This document shows positions 9,695-21,508 of a stretch of 64,000 bases of DNA, in pieces. This DNA is from Amaricoccus sp. (GTDB lineage Bacteria > Pseudomonadota > Alphaproteobacteria > Rhodobacterales > Rhodobacteraceae). Numbering within the stretch: position 1 is the stretch's first letter; each line of letters begins with the position of its first letter. The DNA lies in assembly GCA_046348955.1 (NCBI GenBank), contig JAXMDG010000009.1, positions 27,465 through 91,464 on the forward strand. Direction: 5' to 3'. The notes under the pieces were generated by a model that ran no database searches, was not told the origin of the DNA, and saw nothing but the letters and a program-made list of their open reading frames with translations. A program made the position numbers and the translations under genes.

Positions 9695-10294
9695 TCAGGG
9701 CGCGATCGTGCAGCAGCCCTTGAGCGGCGCGTCGCTGCCCTCGCTCAGCATGGCGCCGAGCGCGAAGCCGCGATCCGACATCCCGTCGCTGCATTGCTCG
9801 GGCGCGATCCCGAGCGTCAGCCCGGCCTCGCCATCGCGCGCCACCACCACGCGCTGCGGCGTCCCCGCCCCGCCATGCACGCTGTCGATCGTCAGCGTCC
9901 GGTCGGGCTCGCCGGGCCGCGACAACGTCACCTTGTCGCCCTGATGGCGCACCGACCAGAAGGGCTCGGTCCCGAAACAGCGCAGATCCCGGGGCAGCGC
10001 GCCGGCCGCCCACGGGTCGGGCTGCGCCGCCAGATAGTCGAGGCTGACCCAGCCGGTCCCCTCGCGGAAATTGATCCGGCCCCAGCCGCCATCCTCGCTC
10101 CGCGCGATCACCTCGATCCCCTTGCTCCGCGCCGGCAGCGTGCCGAGAACGGCGGCCCCGGTATCGGGCGCCTGGCGCACATTGAGCACGCTGTCGACGC
10201 CCGACAGGTCATAGAGCGCGGGCAGCATCGCTTGGGCGCCGGCCGCGGTCGCCGGCAGCAGACCGGCCAGCAGCAGGGCGAACAGGGGCTTCAT
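9695..10294 (-). CDS. SH3-domain / COG3650-type secreted protein
   Basis: Signal peptide; VLNVRQAP...GWV SH3-like segment; CFGTEPFW and CSDGMSDR motifs. Confidence 0.75.
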   Translation of the reverse strand: MKPLFALLLAGLLPATAAGAQAMLPALYDLSGVDSVLNVRQAPDTGAAVLGTLPARSKGIEVIARSEDGGWGRINFREGTGWVSLDYLAAQPDPWAAGALPRDLRCFGTEPFWSVRHQGDKVTLSRPGEPDRTLTIDSVHGGAGTPQRVVVARDGEAGLTLGIAPEQCSDGMSDRGFALGAMLSEGSDAPLKGCCTIAP

Positions 10295-10479
10295 CGCGCG
10301 GGTCTCCAGCATCCGTGAGCGTCTCGGCCGTTGCAGCCGAAATCCCGCCCCAATGCAAGCAGCGTCAGGGTTTACGCCCGGTTTGCCAGCCATGCGGGGC
10401 CGCCCCAAAAGCCGACGCGGTTTACAAGCCGCCCCCTCCGGTCCATAGCGTCGGGCGAGGCCGAACGGGACGCGTCGCC

Positions 10480-11277
10480 ATGGACTATCCGCAGATCACC
10501 GCCACCCTGCGCCGCCTGGCGCTCGAAGCCGGCGCCGCGATCCTCACGATCTATCGGGGCGCCGATCTCGGGGTCCGGCTCAAGGCGGACGCCTCGCCCG
10601 TCACCGCCGCCGACGAGGCGGCCGACCAGCTGATCGCCGCCGGGCTCCGGGCCGCGTTTCCCGCGATCCCTCTCGTCACCGAGGAGCAGCGCGACAGCCA
10701 CGAGCTCGAGGCCGAGACCTTCTTCCTCGTCGACCCGCTCGACGGCACCAAGGAGTTCGTGCAGCGCCGCGGCGACTTCACGGTCAATATCGCGCTGATC
10801 GAACGGGGCGTGCCCACCCGCGGCGTGGTCTATGCCCCGGCCCGGAACCGGCTGTTCTATACGCTCGCCGACGGGCGCTCGGTCGAGGAGACCCCGCCCC
10901 ACGCCCTCGACGCGCCGGGCCCACTCCTCTCCCTGTCGGTCGCGGAGCCGGATGCGGCCGGGCTCATCGTCGTCGCGTCGAAATCGCATCGCGACGCGGC
11001 GACCGACGCCTATATCGCCCGCTACCCGGTCCGCGACTTCCGCGCGGCCGGATCGTCGCTGAAATTCTGCCTCGTGGCGGCCGGCGAGGCCGATCTCTAT
11101 CCGCGGCTCGGCCGGACCATGGAATGGGACACCGCCGCCGGCCAGGCGGTGCTGCTCGGCGCCGGCGGCAAGGTGGTGTGCCTCGCCGACCAGCGCCCGC
11201 TCACCTATGGCAAGCCCGGCTACGAGAACCCGTTCTTCATCGCCTGCGCCCCCGGCGTGGCTCTGGCGGGGGTCTGA
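10480..11277 (+). CDS. cysQ: 3'(2'),5'-bisphosphate nucleotidase
   Basis: SPVTAAD, LVDPLDGTKEF, GSSLKFC, MEWDTAAG. Confidence 0.92.
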   Translation: MDYPQITATLRRLALEAGAAILTIYRGADLGVRLKADASPVTAADEAADQLIAAGLRAAFPAIPLVTEEQRDSHELEAETFFLVDPLDGTKEFVQRRGDFTVNIALIERGVPTRGVVYAPARNRLFYTLADGRSVEETPPHALDAPGPLLSLSVAEPDAAGLIVVASKSHRDAATDAYIARYPVRDFRAAGSSLKFCLVAAGEADLYPRLGRTMEWDTAAGQAVLLGAGGKVVCLADQRPLTYGKPGYENPFFIACAPGVALAGV

Positions 11278-11281
11278 AGCG

Positions 11282-12082
11282 ATGGCCGTGCTCCTCGTCA
11301 TTCCGGCGCGCTATGCCTCCACCCGCTATCCGGGCAAGCCGCTGGTCGCCCTGACCGGCGCGAGCGGCCGGGCGCGGAGCCTGATCGCCCGCAGCTGGGA
11401 CGCGGCGATGGCCGTCCCCGGCGTCGACCGCGTCGTGGTCGCGACCGACGATGCGCGCATCGCCGATGCCGCCACCGGTTTCGGCGCCGAGGTGGCGATG
11501 ACGCCCGAGACCTGCCGCAACGGCACCGAGCGCTGCGCGGTGGTGGCCGAGACCCTGGCCCGCGGCGACGACATCGTCGTCAATCTCCAGGGCGATGCGC
11601 CGCTCACCCCGCCCTGGTTCGTCTCGGCGCTGATCGAGGCCCTCCAGGCCGATCCGGCGCGCCCGGTCGCGACCCCGGTGCTGCGCTGCGACGCCGAGGC
11701 CCTGTCGGGCTTCCTCGAGGATCGCCGCAACGGCCGCGTCGGCGGCACGACCGCGGTCTTCGACCGCGATGGCCGCGCTCTCTATTTCTCCAAGGAAGTG
11801 CTGCCTTTTACCGGGCGGGCGCTCGCGCCGGACGAGGTCATCCCCGTCTTCCATCATGTCGGGGTCTATGCCTTCCGCCGTCCCGCCTTGCTCGCCTATC
11901 CCGGCTGGCCGGTCGGTCCGCTGGAGACCTGGGAGGGACTGGAGCAGCTGCGGTTCATGGAGAACGGCACCGCTGTCCATTGCGTCGAGGTCGAGGGTCG
12001 GGGCCAGGCCTTCTGGGAGCTCAACAACCCGTCCGACGTGCCCCGGATCGAAGCGATCTTTCGGGCACGCGGAATTGAGTGA
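11282..12082 (+). CDS. kdsB: 3-deoxy-manno-octulosonate cytidylyltransferase (KdsB/KpsU)
   Basis: IPARYASTRYPGKPL, NGTER, NLQGDAP, LEQLRF. Confidence 0.9.
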   Translation: MAVLLVIPARYASTRYPGKPLVALTGASGRARSLIARSWDAAMAVPGVDRVVVATDDARIADAATGFGAEVAMTPETCRNGTERCAVVAETLARGDDIVVNLQGDAPLTPPWFVSALIEALQADPARPVATPVLRCDAEALSGFLEDRRNGRVGGTTAVFDRDGRALYFSKEVLPFTGRALAPDEVIPVFHHVGVYAFRRPALLAYPGWPVGPLETWEGLEQLRFMENGTAVHCVEVEGRGQAFWELNNPSDVPRIEAIFRARGIE

Positions 12083-12216
12083 GCAACGCTCCGCCTCTCG
12101 CCATTCATGGAACGAATTCGCACTTTGCGCGATGCCGTGGTAGGAGTTATGCAAGGAAGCGGGGTGTATGAGGGCCCGCGCTTAGCTGGTGTGTCGGTGT
12201 TCGAATGGGGAATTCG

Positions 12217-13131
12217 ATGAAGAACAAGGTCACGAAAGCGGTCCTGCCGGTCGCCGGGTTCGGAACGCGCTTCCTGCCCGCGACCAAGTCGGTACCGAAG
12301 GAAATCCTGCCGCTGGTTGATCGACCGCTGATCCAATACACGATCGACGAAGCGCGGGCTGCCGGCATCCGGGAGTTCATCTTCGTGACCTCGCGCGGCA
12401 AGAGCGCGCTCGAGGACTATTTCGACAGCGCGCCAGAACTTGAGACCGCGCTCCGGGACGGCAACAAGACCAGGTTGCTCGACGTCCTGAAGCAGACCGA
12501 CATGGAGAGCGGCGCGGTCGCCTATGTCCGCCAGCAGGAGCGGCGCGGCCTCGGTCACGCGGTCTGGTGCGCCCGCCGGCTGATCGGCGACGAGCCGTTC
12601 GCGGTGCTGCTGCCCGACGACGTGATCGACGCCGAGACCCCCTGCCTGCAGCAGATGGTCGAGGCCTATGAGGAGGTGGGCGGCAACATGGTCGCCGCCA
12701 TGGAGGTGCCGGTCGCCAGCGTGTCGTCCTACGGCATCCTCGACGTGCCCGATCCGACCGGCGAGACCGTCAAGGTGCGCGGCATGGTCGAAAAGCCGAA
12801 GCCGGAGCTCGCCCCGTCCAATCTCGCGGTGATCGGTCGCTATATCCTGTCGCCCGACGTGCTGAACAATCTCAACAACATGAAGGAAGGCGCCGGCGGC
12901 GAGATCCAGCTGACCGACGCGATCGCCGCCGAGATCGCCAAGAGCGACAATGTCCACGGCTTCCGCTTCAAGGGCCGGCGCTTCGATTGCGGCTCGCAAT
13001 CGGGCTACCTGCAGGCGACGGTGGCCTTTGGCGTCGCGCGCGAGGAGTTCCGCGAGGAGTTCCTGGACTTCCTGCGCACCTTCGTCGATCTCGAAGCGCC
13101 GCGCTCGGGCAAGCTCGCCGCGCGGGGCTGA
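12217..13131 (+). CDS. galU: UTP-glucose-1-phosphate uridylyltransferase
   Basis: KAVLPVAGFGTRFLPATKSVPKE, GLGHAV, VEKP, GEIQLTDA. Confidence 0.96.
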   Translation: MKNKVTKAVLPVAGFGTRFLPATKSVPKEILPLVDRPLIQYTIDEARAAGIREFIFVTSRGKSALEDYFDSAPELETALRDGNKTRLLDVLKQTDMESGAVAYVRQQERRGLGHAVWCARRLIGDEPFAVLLPDDVIDAETPCLQQMVEAYEEVGGNMVAAMEVPVASVSSYGILDVPDPTGETVKVRGMVEKPKPELAPSNLAVIGRYILSPDVLNNLNNMKEGAGGEIQLTDAIAAEIAKSDNVHGFRFKGRRFDCGSQSGYLQATVAFGVAREEFREEFLDFLRTFVDLEAPRSGKLAARG

Positions 13132-13268
13132 CCGGTCGGGCGACGGGCCCGGACCCTGGGGCGATTGCGAGCCCCTTTTTGCTCTATGGCGCCGGGCGCT
13201 TTTTCGCCCGCCGCTGGCCGGCGGGTTCCCGCATCGGGCGGACCGGCCCAGTGTTGCGTCTTCAGGGA

Positions 13269-13493
13269 TCATAAAGGCAGAAACCCTATCGGGCAGTCCG
13301 AGGGGCCCCATCAACAGATGGGGAGGAAAGGACTCTGCGGGCAACGGCCCGCACCGGGCAGCCGCGATCTCGCGGCTGCGCCTCTCCGCCCGAGCCCACC
13401 TCCCGGAGCGACGAGACGGCTGAGCCGCCGCCATGGGTGCCGCGCGCCGCGCGCGGAGCGGCACCGCCTGGCGCGTCGTCGCCGCGGCGCTTT
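13269..13493. repeat. ~225-bp structured intergenic repeat, copy 1
   Basis: Aligns along its length with 23121-23341; several conserved hairpins. Confidence 0.85.
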
Positions 13494-13548
13494 AGGAGGA
13501 AACCAGCGCCTCCATCCCGCGGGGCGTGCGAGAATAGCTTGCGATCTG

Positions 13549-13616
13549 GTAAATGAAATCTGCGTAAAGTTGTAAAATCAAAGGCTTAGCGGGAGTCGCA
13601 CGCGTGCGACTCCCGC
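13549..13616. repeat. Palindrome + IHF-like module, copy 1
   Basis: 28-bp perfect palindrome GCGGGAGTCGCACGCGTGCGACTCCCGC (13589-13616); AATCAA-AGGC-TTA at 13576. Confidence 0.85.
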
Positions 13617-13625
13617 CGTTTCGCC

Positions 13626-15694
<2,069 letters not shown>

Positions 15695-15701
15695 CGGCGG
15701 A

Positions 15702-16118
15702 TCAGGTGCCCTGGCGGGCCTTGGCCGACCCGCCCTTGGCAGGTTTGGAGAGGTTCAGCGCCACCGCAGCGCGCACCAGGGCCCTCAGCGCGGCCTCGTC
15801 GAGCTCCGCGCCTTCACCGATGTCGATGGCGCGACGGGTATTGCCCTCGAGGCTCGCATTGAACAGGCCGGACGGGTCGGGCAGGGCGGCCCCCTTGGCG
15901 AAGGTGAGCTTCACCACCGTCTTGTAGCTCTCGCCGGTGCAGAGGATGCCGGCATGCGACCAGACCGGCACCCCGCGCCATTTCCACTCCTCGACGACCT
16001 CGGGGTCGGCCTCGTGGATCAGCTCGCGGACCCGCGCCAGCATCGCGCCGCGCCAGTCGCCAAGTTCGGCGATGCGGCCATCGATGCGCTGCGAGGCGGT
16101 GGGGGCGTCGGTCTCCAT
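15702..16118 (-). CDS. DUF1801 (YdhG-like) protein
   Basis: EEWKWRGVPVWSHAGILCTGESYK...LTFAKGA...FNASLEGNTRRAID. Confidence 0.8.
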   Translation of the reverse strand: METDAPTASQRIDGRIAELGDWRGAMLARVRELIHEADPEVVEEWKWRGVPVWSHAGILCTGESYKTVVKLTFAKGAALPDPSGLFNASLEGNTRRAIDIGEGAELDEAALRALVRAAVALNLSKPAKGGSAKARQGT

Positions 16119-16193
16119 GGCGTCGTCTCCCGAAGAACTCCAATTCATCGTTCAAGATCAACTCAATAGACGGAAGGGCGCGCCCGCCCTCCC

Positions 16194-17405
16194 TCAGGCC
16201 CCGGCTCCGAGCCCGAGCCGCATCACGGCGCGGCGCAACGGGGACAGGCCATGCAGCGCCCTAAGCCCCGCCAGACGCAGGTCGCGCAGCGGCTGGGCCT
16301 CGGCCATAGCGGCTCGGTTCAGCAGGTCGATCCCGAGCACCCGGGCGACCATCTCCGGATGCCGGACGCGTCCATACCGCGCGAGCAGGTCCGGCGCGCC
16401 GATATCGTCGCCCGCCGCCTCCGCCTCGCCGGCCAGCGCGACCAGGGTGCCGATATCGGCCAGGCTCATATTGAGGCCCTGCGCCCCGATCGGCGGCACC
16501 ACATGCGCCGCTTCGGCGACCAGCGCGGTCCGAGGCCCTTCGAGCCGGTCGGCGATCTGGGCAATGATCGGCCAGACAAGCCGCCTGCCCTCCAGCGTCA
16601 GGGGGCCGAGCAGGTCGCAGCCGCGCTCGTTCAGCGCCGCCTCGAAGTCGGGCACCGCCATCGCGGCGAGGTCGGCCGCCCGCGGCCCGCGCTCCATCCA
16701 GACCACGGCCGAGCGATGCGCGCCGTCCTGATCGGGCAGGGGGACGAGGGTGAAGGGGCCGCCGGTCCGATGGATCTCGGTCGAGACCCCGTCATGCGGA
16801 CGCTCGTGGCGCGTGGTGAAGACCACGGCCTTCTGACCATAGGACCAGCGCCGGACCCCGATCCCCAACCCCGCCCGCACCGCGCTGTCGCGGCCGTCCG
16901 CCGCCACCACCAGCCGGGCGGCGATCTGCCGCCCGTCGGCGAGCCGCGCCAGGGCAAGCCGGTCGCGCGGGGTGATCCCCTCGACCCGCGCCGGCGCCAG
17001 CAGCCGCGCCCGGGGCAGCGCGGCGAGATGCGCGACCATTTCGCGCCGGAGCAGCCAGTTCGGCAGGTTGTAGCCGAAAGCCTCGGCCCCGACCTCGTCC
17101 GAGGCGAAGTCCGCCGTCCTCCGCACCACGGGTTCGCGCCCGCCGGCATCGACGATCCGCATCAGCCGGAGCGGCGCCGCATGCGGCGCCAGCCGCTCCC
17201 ACAGGCCCGCCGCTCGGAGCAGCGCGACCGAAGGCTGCAGCAGCGCCGTGGAACGCAGATCCGATCCCGCCGCCTCGGCCTCGGTCACCGGCGGCACCGG
17301 GTCGACACATGTCACCGCGAAGCCGCGCGCGGCGAACGCGGCGGCGGCGGCCAGGCCGGCGACGCCGCCGCCGGCCACGAGGATATCGGTCTCGAACCTG
17401 TCCAT
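16194..17405 (-). CDS. UbiH/UbiF-family FAD-dependent hydroxylase
   Basis: VAGGGVAG, VAADGRDS, EAAHVVPPIGAQGLNM. Confidence 0.9.
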   Translation of the reverse strand: MDRFETDILVAGGGVAGLAAAAAFAARGFAVTCVDPVPPVTEAEAAGSDLRSTALLQPSVALLRAAGLWERLAPHAAPLRLMRIVDAGGREPVVRRTADFASDEVGAEAFGYNLPNWLLRREMVAHLAALPRARLLAPARVEGITPRDRLALARLADGRQIAARLVVAADGRDSAVRAGLGIGVRRWSYGQKAVVFTTRHERPHDGVSTEIHRTGGPFTLVPLPDQDGAHRSAVVWMERGPRAADLAAMAVPDFEAALNERGCDLLGPLTLEGRRLVWPIIAQIADRLEGPRTALVAEAAHVVPPIGAQGLNMSLADIGTLVALAGEAEAAGDDIGAPDLLARYGRVRHPEMVARVLGIDLLNRAAMAEAQPLRDLRLAGLRALHGLSPLRRAVMRLGLGAGA

Positions 17406-17501
17406 GACGCCAGCCTAGCCCGGCGGCCCGGCGGGCGAAACCCTCGCTTTCTGTCGGGCCACGCGCTAGGCTCGGCCGCTCGCCGATGCATGGATTGACG
17501 A

Positions 17502-18143
17502 ATGCCGATCGCAGGGCCGCAGGGCCAGAAGGACGCCTTCTCGCTGGTGCTGGAGGCGATCGATCAGGGTGCGTTCCGCCCGGGCGACCGCTTGGTCGAA
17601 TCCGAGCTTGCCGAGCGGTTCGGCATGTCGCGCACCCCGATCCGCGAGGCTTTGCAGCGGCTGGAGACCCAAGGGGTGCTGGCCCGCGACGGGCGCAGTC
17701 TGGTGGTGGCAAGCCTCGACCATAACCAGCTCGGCGAGCTCTATGTGGTGCGGGCCGAGCTCGAAGGGCTGGCCGCGCGCCTCGCGGCCCAGCATGCGGC
17801 GCCGGAGGAAATCCGGCTGCTCTGGGAGATGGTCGAGCGCGACCGCGAGCTTGCCGACCGGCCCGACCTGCTGTCGCGCGCCAACAAGCGCTTCCATCGC
17901 CAGATCCATATGGCGAGCCACAACCGCTACCTGATCCAGCAGCTCGACATGGTGCATCGCTCGATGGCGCTGCTCGCCACCACCTCGCTGGCGGCGGAGG
18001 GGCGCGGGCCGCGGGCGCTCGACGAGCATGCCGAGATCGTCCGGGCGATCGAGGCGCGGGATGGCGCGGCCGCCGACCTGGCGATCCGCGCGCATATCAG
18101 CCGCGCCTTCGAGACCCGGCTCAGGCTCGACGCCGAGCGCTAG
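17502..18143 (+). CDS. GntR (FadR/FCD) family regulator
   Basis: PGDRLVESELAERFGMSRTPIREAL; FH...EH FCD motif. Confidence 0.9.
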   Translation: MPIAGPQGQKDAFSLVLEAIDQGAFRPGDRLVESELAERFGMSRTPIREALQRLETQGVLARDGRSLVVASLDHNQLGELYVVRAELEGLAARLAAQHAAPEEIRLLWEMVERDRELADRPDLLSRANKRFHRQIHMASHNRYLIQQLDMVHRSMALLATTSLAAEGRGPRALDEHAEIVRAIEARDGAAADLAIRAHISRAFETRLRLDAER

Positions 18144-18196
18144 AAGGGTCGATCGGGAGCGGTCGGCCCGGCGTCGCCCGGGACAGGCCCCGTGCC

Positions 18197-20080
18197 TCAG
18201 GAACCTTCGGAAACGCCGTGCTCGGTCTTGTGCCAATAGAACGGCGCATAGAACACTTCCGCGATGGCCCGATACGCCGCGACCGCCCCGAGCGGCCAGT
18301 AGAACGGCAGCGCCAGCACCCAGGGGATCAGCCCCTTGCGACCGGAATCGCGTGCGGCGATCACCGCGATCGTCAGCATGATCACCTGCCCCAGCATCAT
18401 CGACGCGAAGAAGGCATACATCAGCGGCTGCGGGAACGTCTCCCAGAAGGCATAGCCGAGGCCGAAGCTCGCGCCCCAGAGCAGCCAGAAGAGCGGGATC
18501 GACAGATACGAGGTCAGCGCGCCCAGAAACAGCACCTGGAAGCCGAGAAAGCCCCGCAGCCCGAGATCGCGGAAAAGCTGCACCGGATTGCGCATATGCG
18601 TCGCCCAGGTGATCGCATAGCCCTTGAGCCAGCGCGAGCGCTGCCGGATCCAGGCGCGCGGCCTCAGCGTCGCCTCCTCCAGCGTCGTGGTCGGGATCAT
18701 CTCGCAGCGATAGCCGAAGCGGGCGAGCCGCATCCCGAGATCGGCATCCTCGGTCACGTTGTGCGCGTCCCAGGCCCCGATCCGCTCCAGCAGCCGGCGA
18801 CGGAAGAACACCGTGGTGCCGCCGAGCGGGATCGGAATGCCGAGCCGCTGCACCCCGAGCAGGATCACCCGGAACCAGATCGCGTATTCGAGCGTGAAGC
18901 AGCGCGACAGCCAGTTGGTGCCGGTATTGTAGAAATCGAGATAGCCCTGGACGCAGGCGACCTCGGGCGGCGCCTCGCGCAGATGCGCGACCACCTTGCG
19001 GATCTGCTGCGGCTCGGGCCGGTCCTCGGCGTCATAGACCCCCACGATCTCGCCCCGGCAGAGCGGCAGCGCATAATTCATCGCCCGCGGCTTGGTCTTC
19101 ATGTTGCCGGCCGGAACGCTCACCACCTCCATATGCGGCGGCAGCTCCATCTGGTCGATCGCGGCGCGGGTGATGAGGTCGTCCTCCTCGAGCACCAGCT
19201 TGATGTCGAGGAGCGCGACGGGATAATCGAGCGCCGCCAGCCCCTTCAACAGCTTCTGCGCGATCTTCGCCTCGCGCAGCAGCGGCACCAGGATCGAGAC
19301 GCAGGGCAGCTTCTTGTAGTCCGTCAGCTTCGGCAGATCCTGGCTGAGGCTGGTCCGGCCGCGCTCGGCGCGCGCCAGCAGCGCGACGAGCCTGAGCGCC
19401 ATCGTCATGCCGTTGGCGACCAGGATCCAGCACATCAGGATCTGCAGCACCAGCAGCGGGGCCGCGAGCACCGCGAGCAGCACGGCGCAACCCGCCAGCA
19501 TCAGCCGCCAGCGCCGCGAATGCAGGCCCCAGTTCCGACAACTGAAATCCTCGGGGCAGCGGTCGCGGGCATCGTCGCGCATCTGGGCGCGGAACAAGGT
19601 GGTGATCGTCCGGCGGATATCGTCGGACGAGGCGAGGACGAAGGCGGTCCGCTCCGACCCGGCCGCGCAGGCGCTGGCCGCGTCGGCGCCGGCATCCGGA
19701 TTGGCGATGGCGAGATAGAGCGTGCCCCCGACCCGCCGCCACGGCACCGCTTCGAGCTCCAGCAGGCGATAGGGGTCGAGCCCGTCCAGCAAATCGGCAT
19801 CGACCGGCGATTCCCGCAGGCTGACATGCCGCATGTCCGACTGCGCCGACAGGGCGGCGCCCAGATCCTCGGCCGAAATCAGCCGGTTGACGAGCAGGAT
19901 ATGCCCAAGCCTCGCGTCCTGGGCCGCCTGCTGCTCGAGCGCGGCCGCGAGCTTGCCGGCATCGATCGCCCCCGACTTGACCAGCACGTCGCCGAGCAGC
20001 CGCCGCTCCGGGCGCGATGGCGACGACGGAACGGCCCCGCTCGCCGGCAAAGACGAAGAAAACGGCTGAATACGCGCCAT
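18197..20080 (-). CDS. GT2 glycosyltransferase with N-terminal MshEN/GspE-N domain
   Basis: Tandem LG..L...G......L..AL..Q motifs; TKPRAMN, YDAED, VTEDADLG, QRSRW; C-terminal TM helices. Confidence 0.85.
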   Translation of the reverse strand: MARIQPFSSSLPASGAVPSSPSRPERRLLGDVLVKSGAIDAGKLAAALEQQAAQDARLGHILLVNRLISAEDLGAALSAQSDMRHVSLRESPVDADLLDGLDPYRLLELEAVPWRRVGGTLYLAIANPDAGADAASACAAGSERTAFVLASSDDIRRTITTLFRAQMRDDARDRCPEDFSCRNWGLHSRRWRLMLAGCAVLLAVLAAPLLVLQILMCWILVANGMTMALRLVALLARAERGRTSLSQDLPKLTDYKKLPCVSILVPLLREAKIAQKLLKGLAALDYPVALLDIKLVLEEDDLITRAAIDQMELPPHMEVVSVPAGNMKTKPRAMNYALPLCRGEIVGVYDAEDRPEPQQIRKVVAHLREAPPEVACVQGYLDFYNTGTNWLSRCFTLEYAIWFRVILLGVQRLGIPIPLGGTTVFFRRRLLERIGAWDAHNVTEDADLGMRLARFGYRCEMIPTTTLEEATLRPRAWIRQRSRWLKGYAITWATHMRNPVQLFRDLGLRGFLGFQVLFLGALTSYLSIPLFWLLWGASFGLGYAFWETFPQPLMYAFFASMMLGQVIMLTIAVIAARDSGRKGLIPWVLALPFYWPLGAVAAYRAIAEVFYAPFYWHKTEHGVSEGS

Positions 20081-20191
20081 GACAATACTCGCACCCGGAC
20101 GAGGGCGAGACTGGCGGCTATTCGATAAGAAACCCTTAAGCCTGTTGATAACTCTGGCGAATCATCGCCAAGTTCCGCAAAGGTTCCGGTG

Positions 20192-21388
20192 CTAGCCGGC
20201 GGGCTTCATCGACGCGACGAAACGCTCGAACAGATAGAAGCTGTCCTGCGGCCCCGGGCTCGCCTCCGGATGATGCTGCACCGAGAAGACCGAGCGATCG
20301 GTCATGGCGATGCCGCAATTCGACCCGTCGAACAGCGAGACATGGGTCTCGATCACGCCCTTCGGCAGGGTCTGGCTGTCGACCGTGAAGCCGTGGTTCA
20401 TCGAAGTGATCTCGACCTTGCCGGTCGCGAGCTCCTTGACCGGATGGTTCGCGCCGTGATGGCCGTGATTCATCTTGATGGTGCGCGCGCCAACCGCCAG
20501 CGCCAGCATCTGATGCCCGAGGCAAATGCCGAAGATCGGCATGTCCGACCGTTCGAGCACCTCCTGGATCATCGGCACGGCATAGACGCCGGTCGCCGCC
20601 GGATCGCCCGGCCCGTTCGACAGGAACAGACCCTCCGGATCATGGGCGAACACGTCCTCGGCGGTGGCGGTCGCGGGCAGAACCGTGACGTCGCAGCCGG
20701 CCGAGGCGAGGCAGCGCAGGATGTTGCGCTTGGCGCCGTAATCGATCGCCACCACCCGACGCCCCGCGCCCTCGCGGCGCCGATAGCCATCCGGCCATGC
20801 CCAGCGCATCTCGTCCCAGCGATAGCTCTGCGCGCAGGTCACGTCGCGGGCCAGATCCATGCCGGTCAGGCCCGGGAAGCCGCGGGCCATCCCGCGCAGC
20901 GCATCGAGATCGAAGCTCCCGGCCGGATCGTGCGCGATCGCGACATGCGGCGCGCCCTGCAGCCGGATCGCCCGGGTCAGCCGTCGGGTATCGATGCCCC
21001 CGACCCCGATCCGCCCGCGCCGCGCCAGCCAGTCCGGCAGGTCGCCGGTCGCGCGCCAGTTCGAGGGCTCGGTCGGGTCCCATTTCACCACCATCCCGGC
21101 CGCCACCGGGTCGCCGGTCTCGTCGTCCTCGGCATTCACCCCGACATTGCCGATATGGGGAAAGGTGAAGGTGACGATCTGCCCGGCATAGGACGGGTCG
21201 GTCATGATCTCCTGATAGCCGGTCATCGCGGTGTTGAAGCAGAGCTCGGCCACCGCCGACCCCGTCGCGCCGAAGCCATGGCCATAGAAGACCTGACCGT
21301 CGGCCAGCACGATGCAGGCGGTCGCCTTCAGCGCGCTGTCGGGCGCGGTGGCCAGCGCCTGGTCCGAGGGGGCGGGACGATCGGTCAT
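20192..21388 (-). CDS. carA: Carbamoyl-phosphate synthase small subunit
   Basis: FNTAMTGYQE, SNGPGDP, GICLGHQ, QHHPEASPGPQD. Confidence 0.97.
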   Translation of the reverse strand: MTDRPAPSDQALATAPDSALKATACIVLADGQVFYGHGFGATGSAVAELCFNTAMTGYQEIMTDPSYAGQIVTFTFPHIGNVGVNAEDDETGDPVAAGMVVKWDPTEPSNWRATGDLPDWLARRGRIGVGGIDTRRLTRAIRLQGAPHVAIAHDPAGSFDLDALRGMARGFPGLTGMDLARDVTCAQSYRWDEMRWAWPDGYRRREGAGRRVVAIDYGAKRNILRCLASAGCDVTVLPATATAEDVFAHDPEGLFLSNGPGDPAATGVYAVPMIQEVLERSDMPIFGICLGHQMLALAVGARTIKMNHGHHGANHPVKELATGKVEITSMNHGFTVDSQTLPKGVIETHVSLFDGSNCGIAMTDRSVFSVQHHPEASPGPQDSFYLFERFVASMKPAG

Positions 21389-21508
21389 GGACGGGTTCCT
21401 CTTGGAGCGGCCGGACCCTACGCCCCCCCCGGCGCGGGATCAAGGCCGGAGCTTGCGGGCGCGGCGTCCGAGGCGCTAAGCAACGGTCAGTCGGGTGGGG
21501 GCGGGACG

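Noticed and set aside
13320-13345. GGGGAGGAAAG resemblance to RNase P RNA, and HDV-ribozyme-like topology of the repeat
   Set aside because: The other RNase P conserved regions are absent and the motif differs in copy 2; the HDV catalytic junction could not be matched
21423-21430. C8 run between carA and the YqeY gene
   Set aside because: Too short to be notable at this GC content
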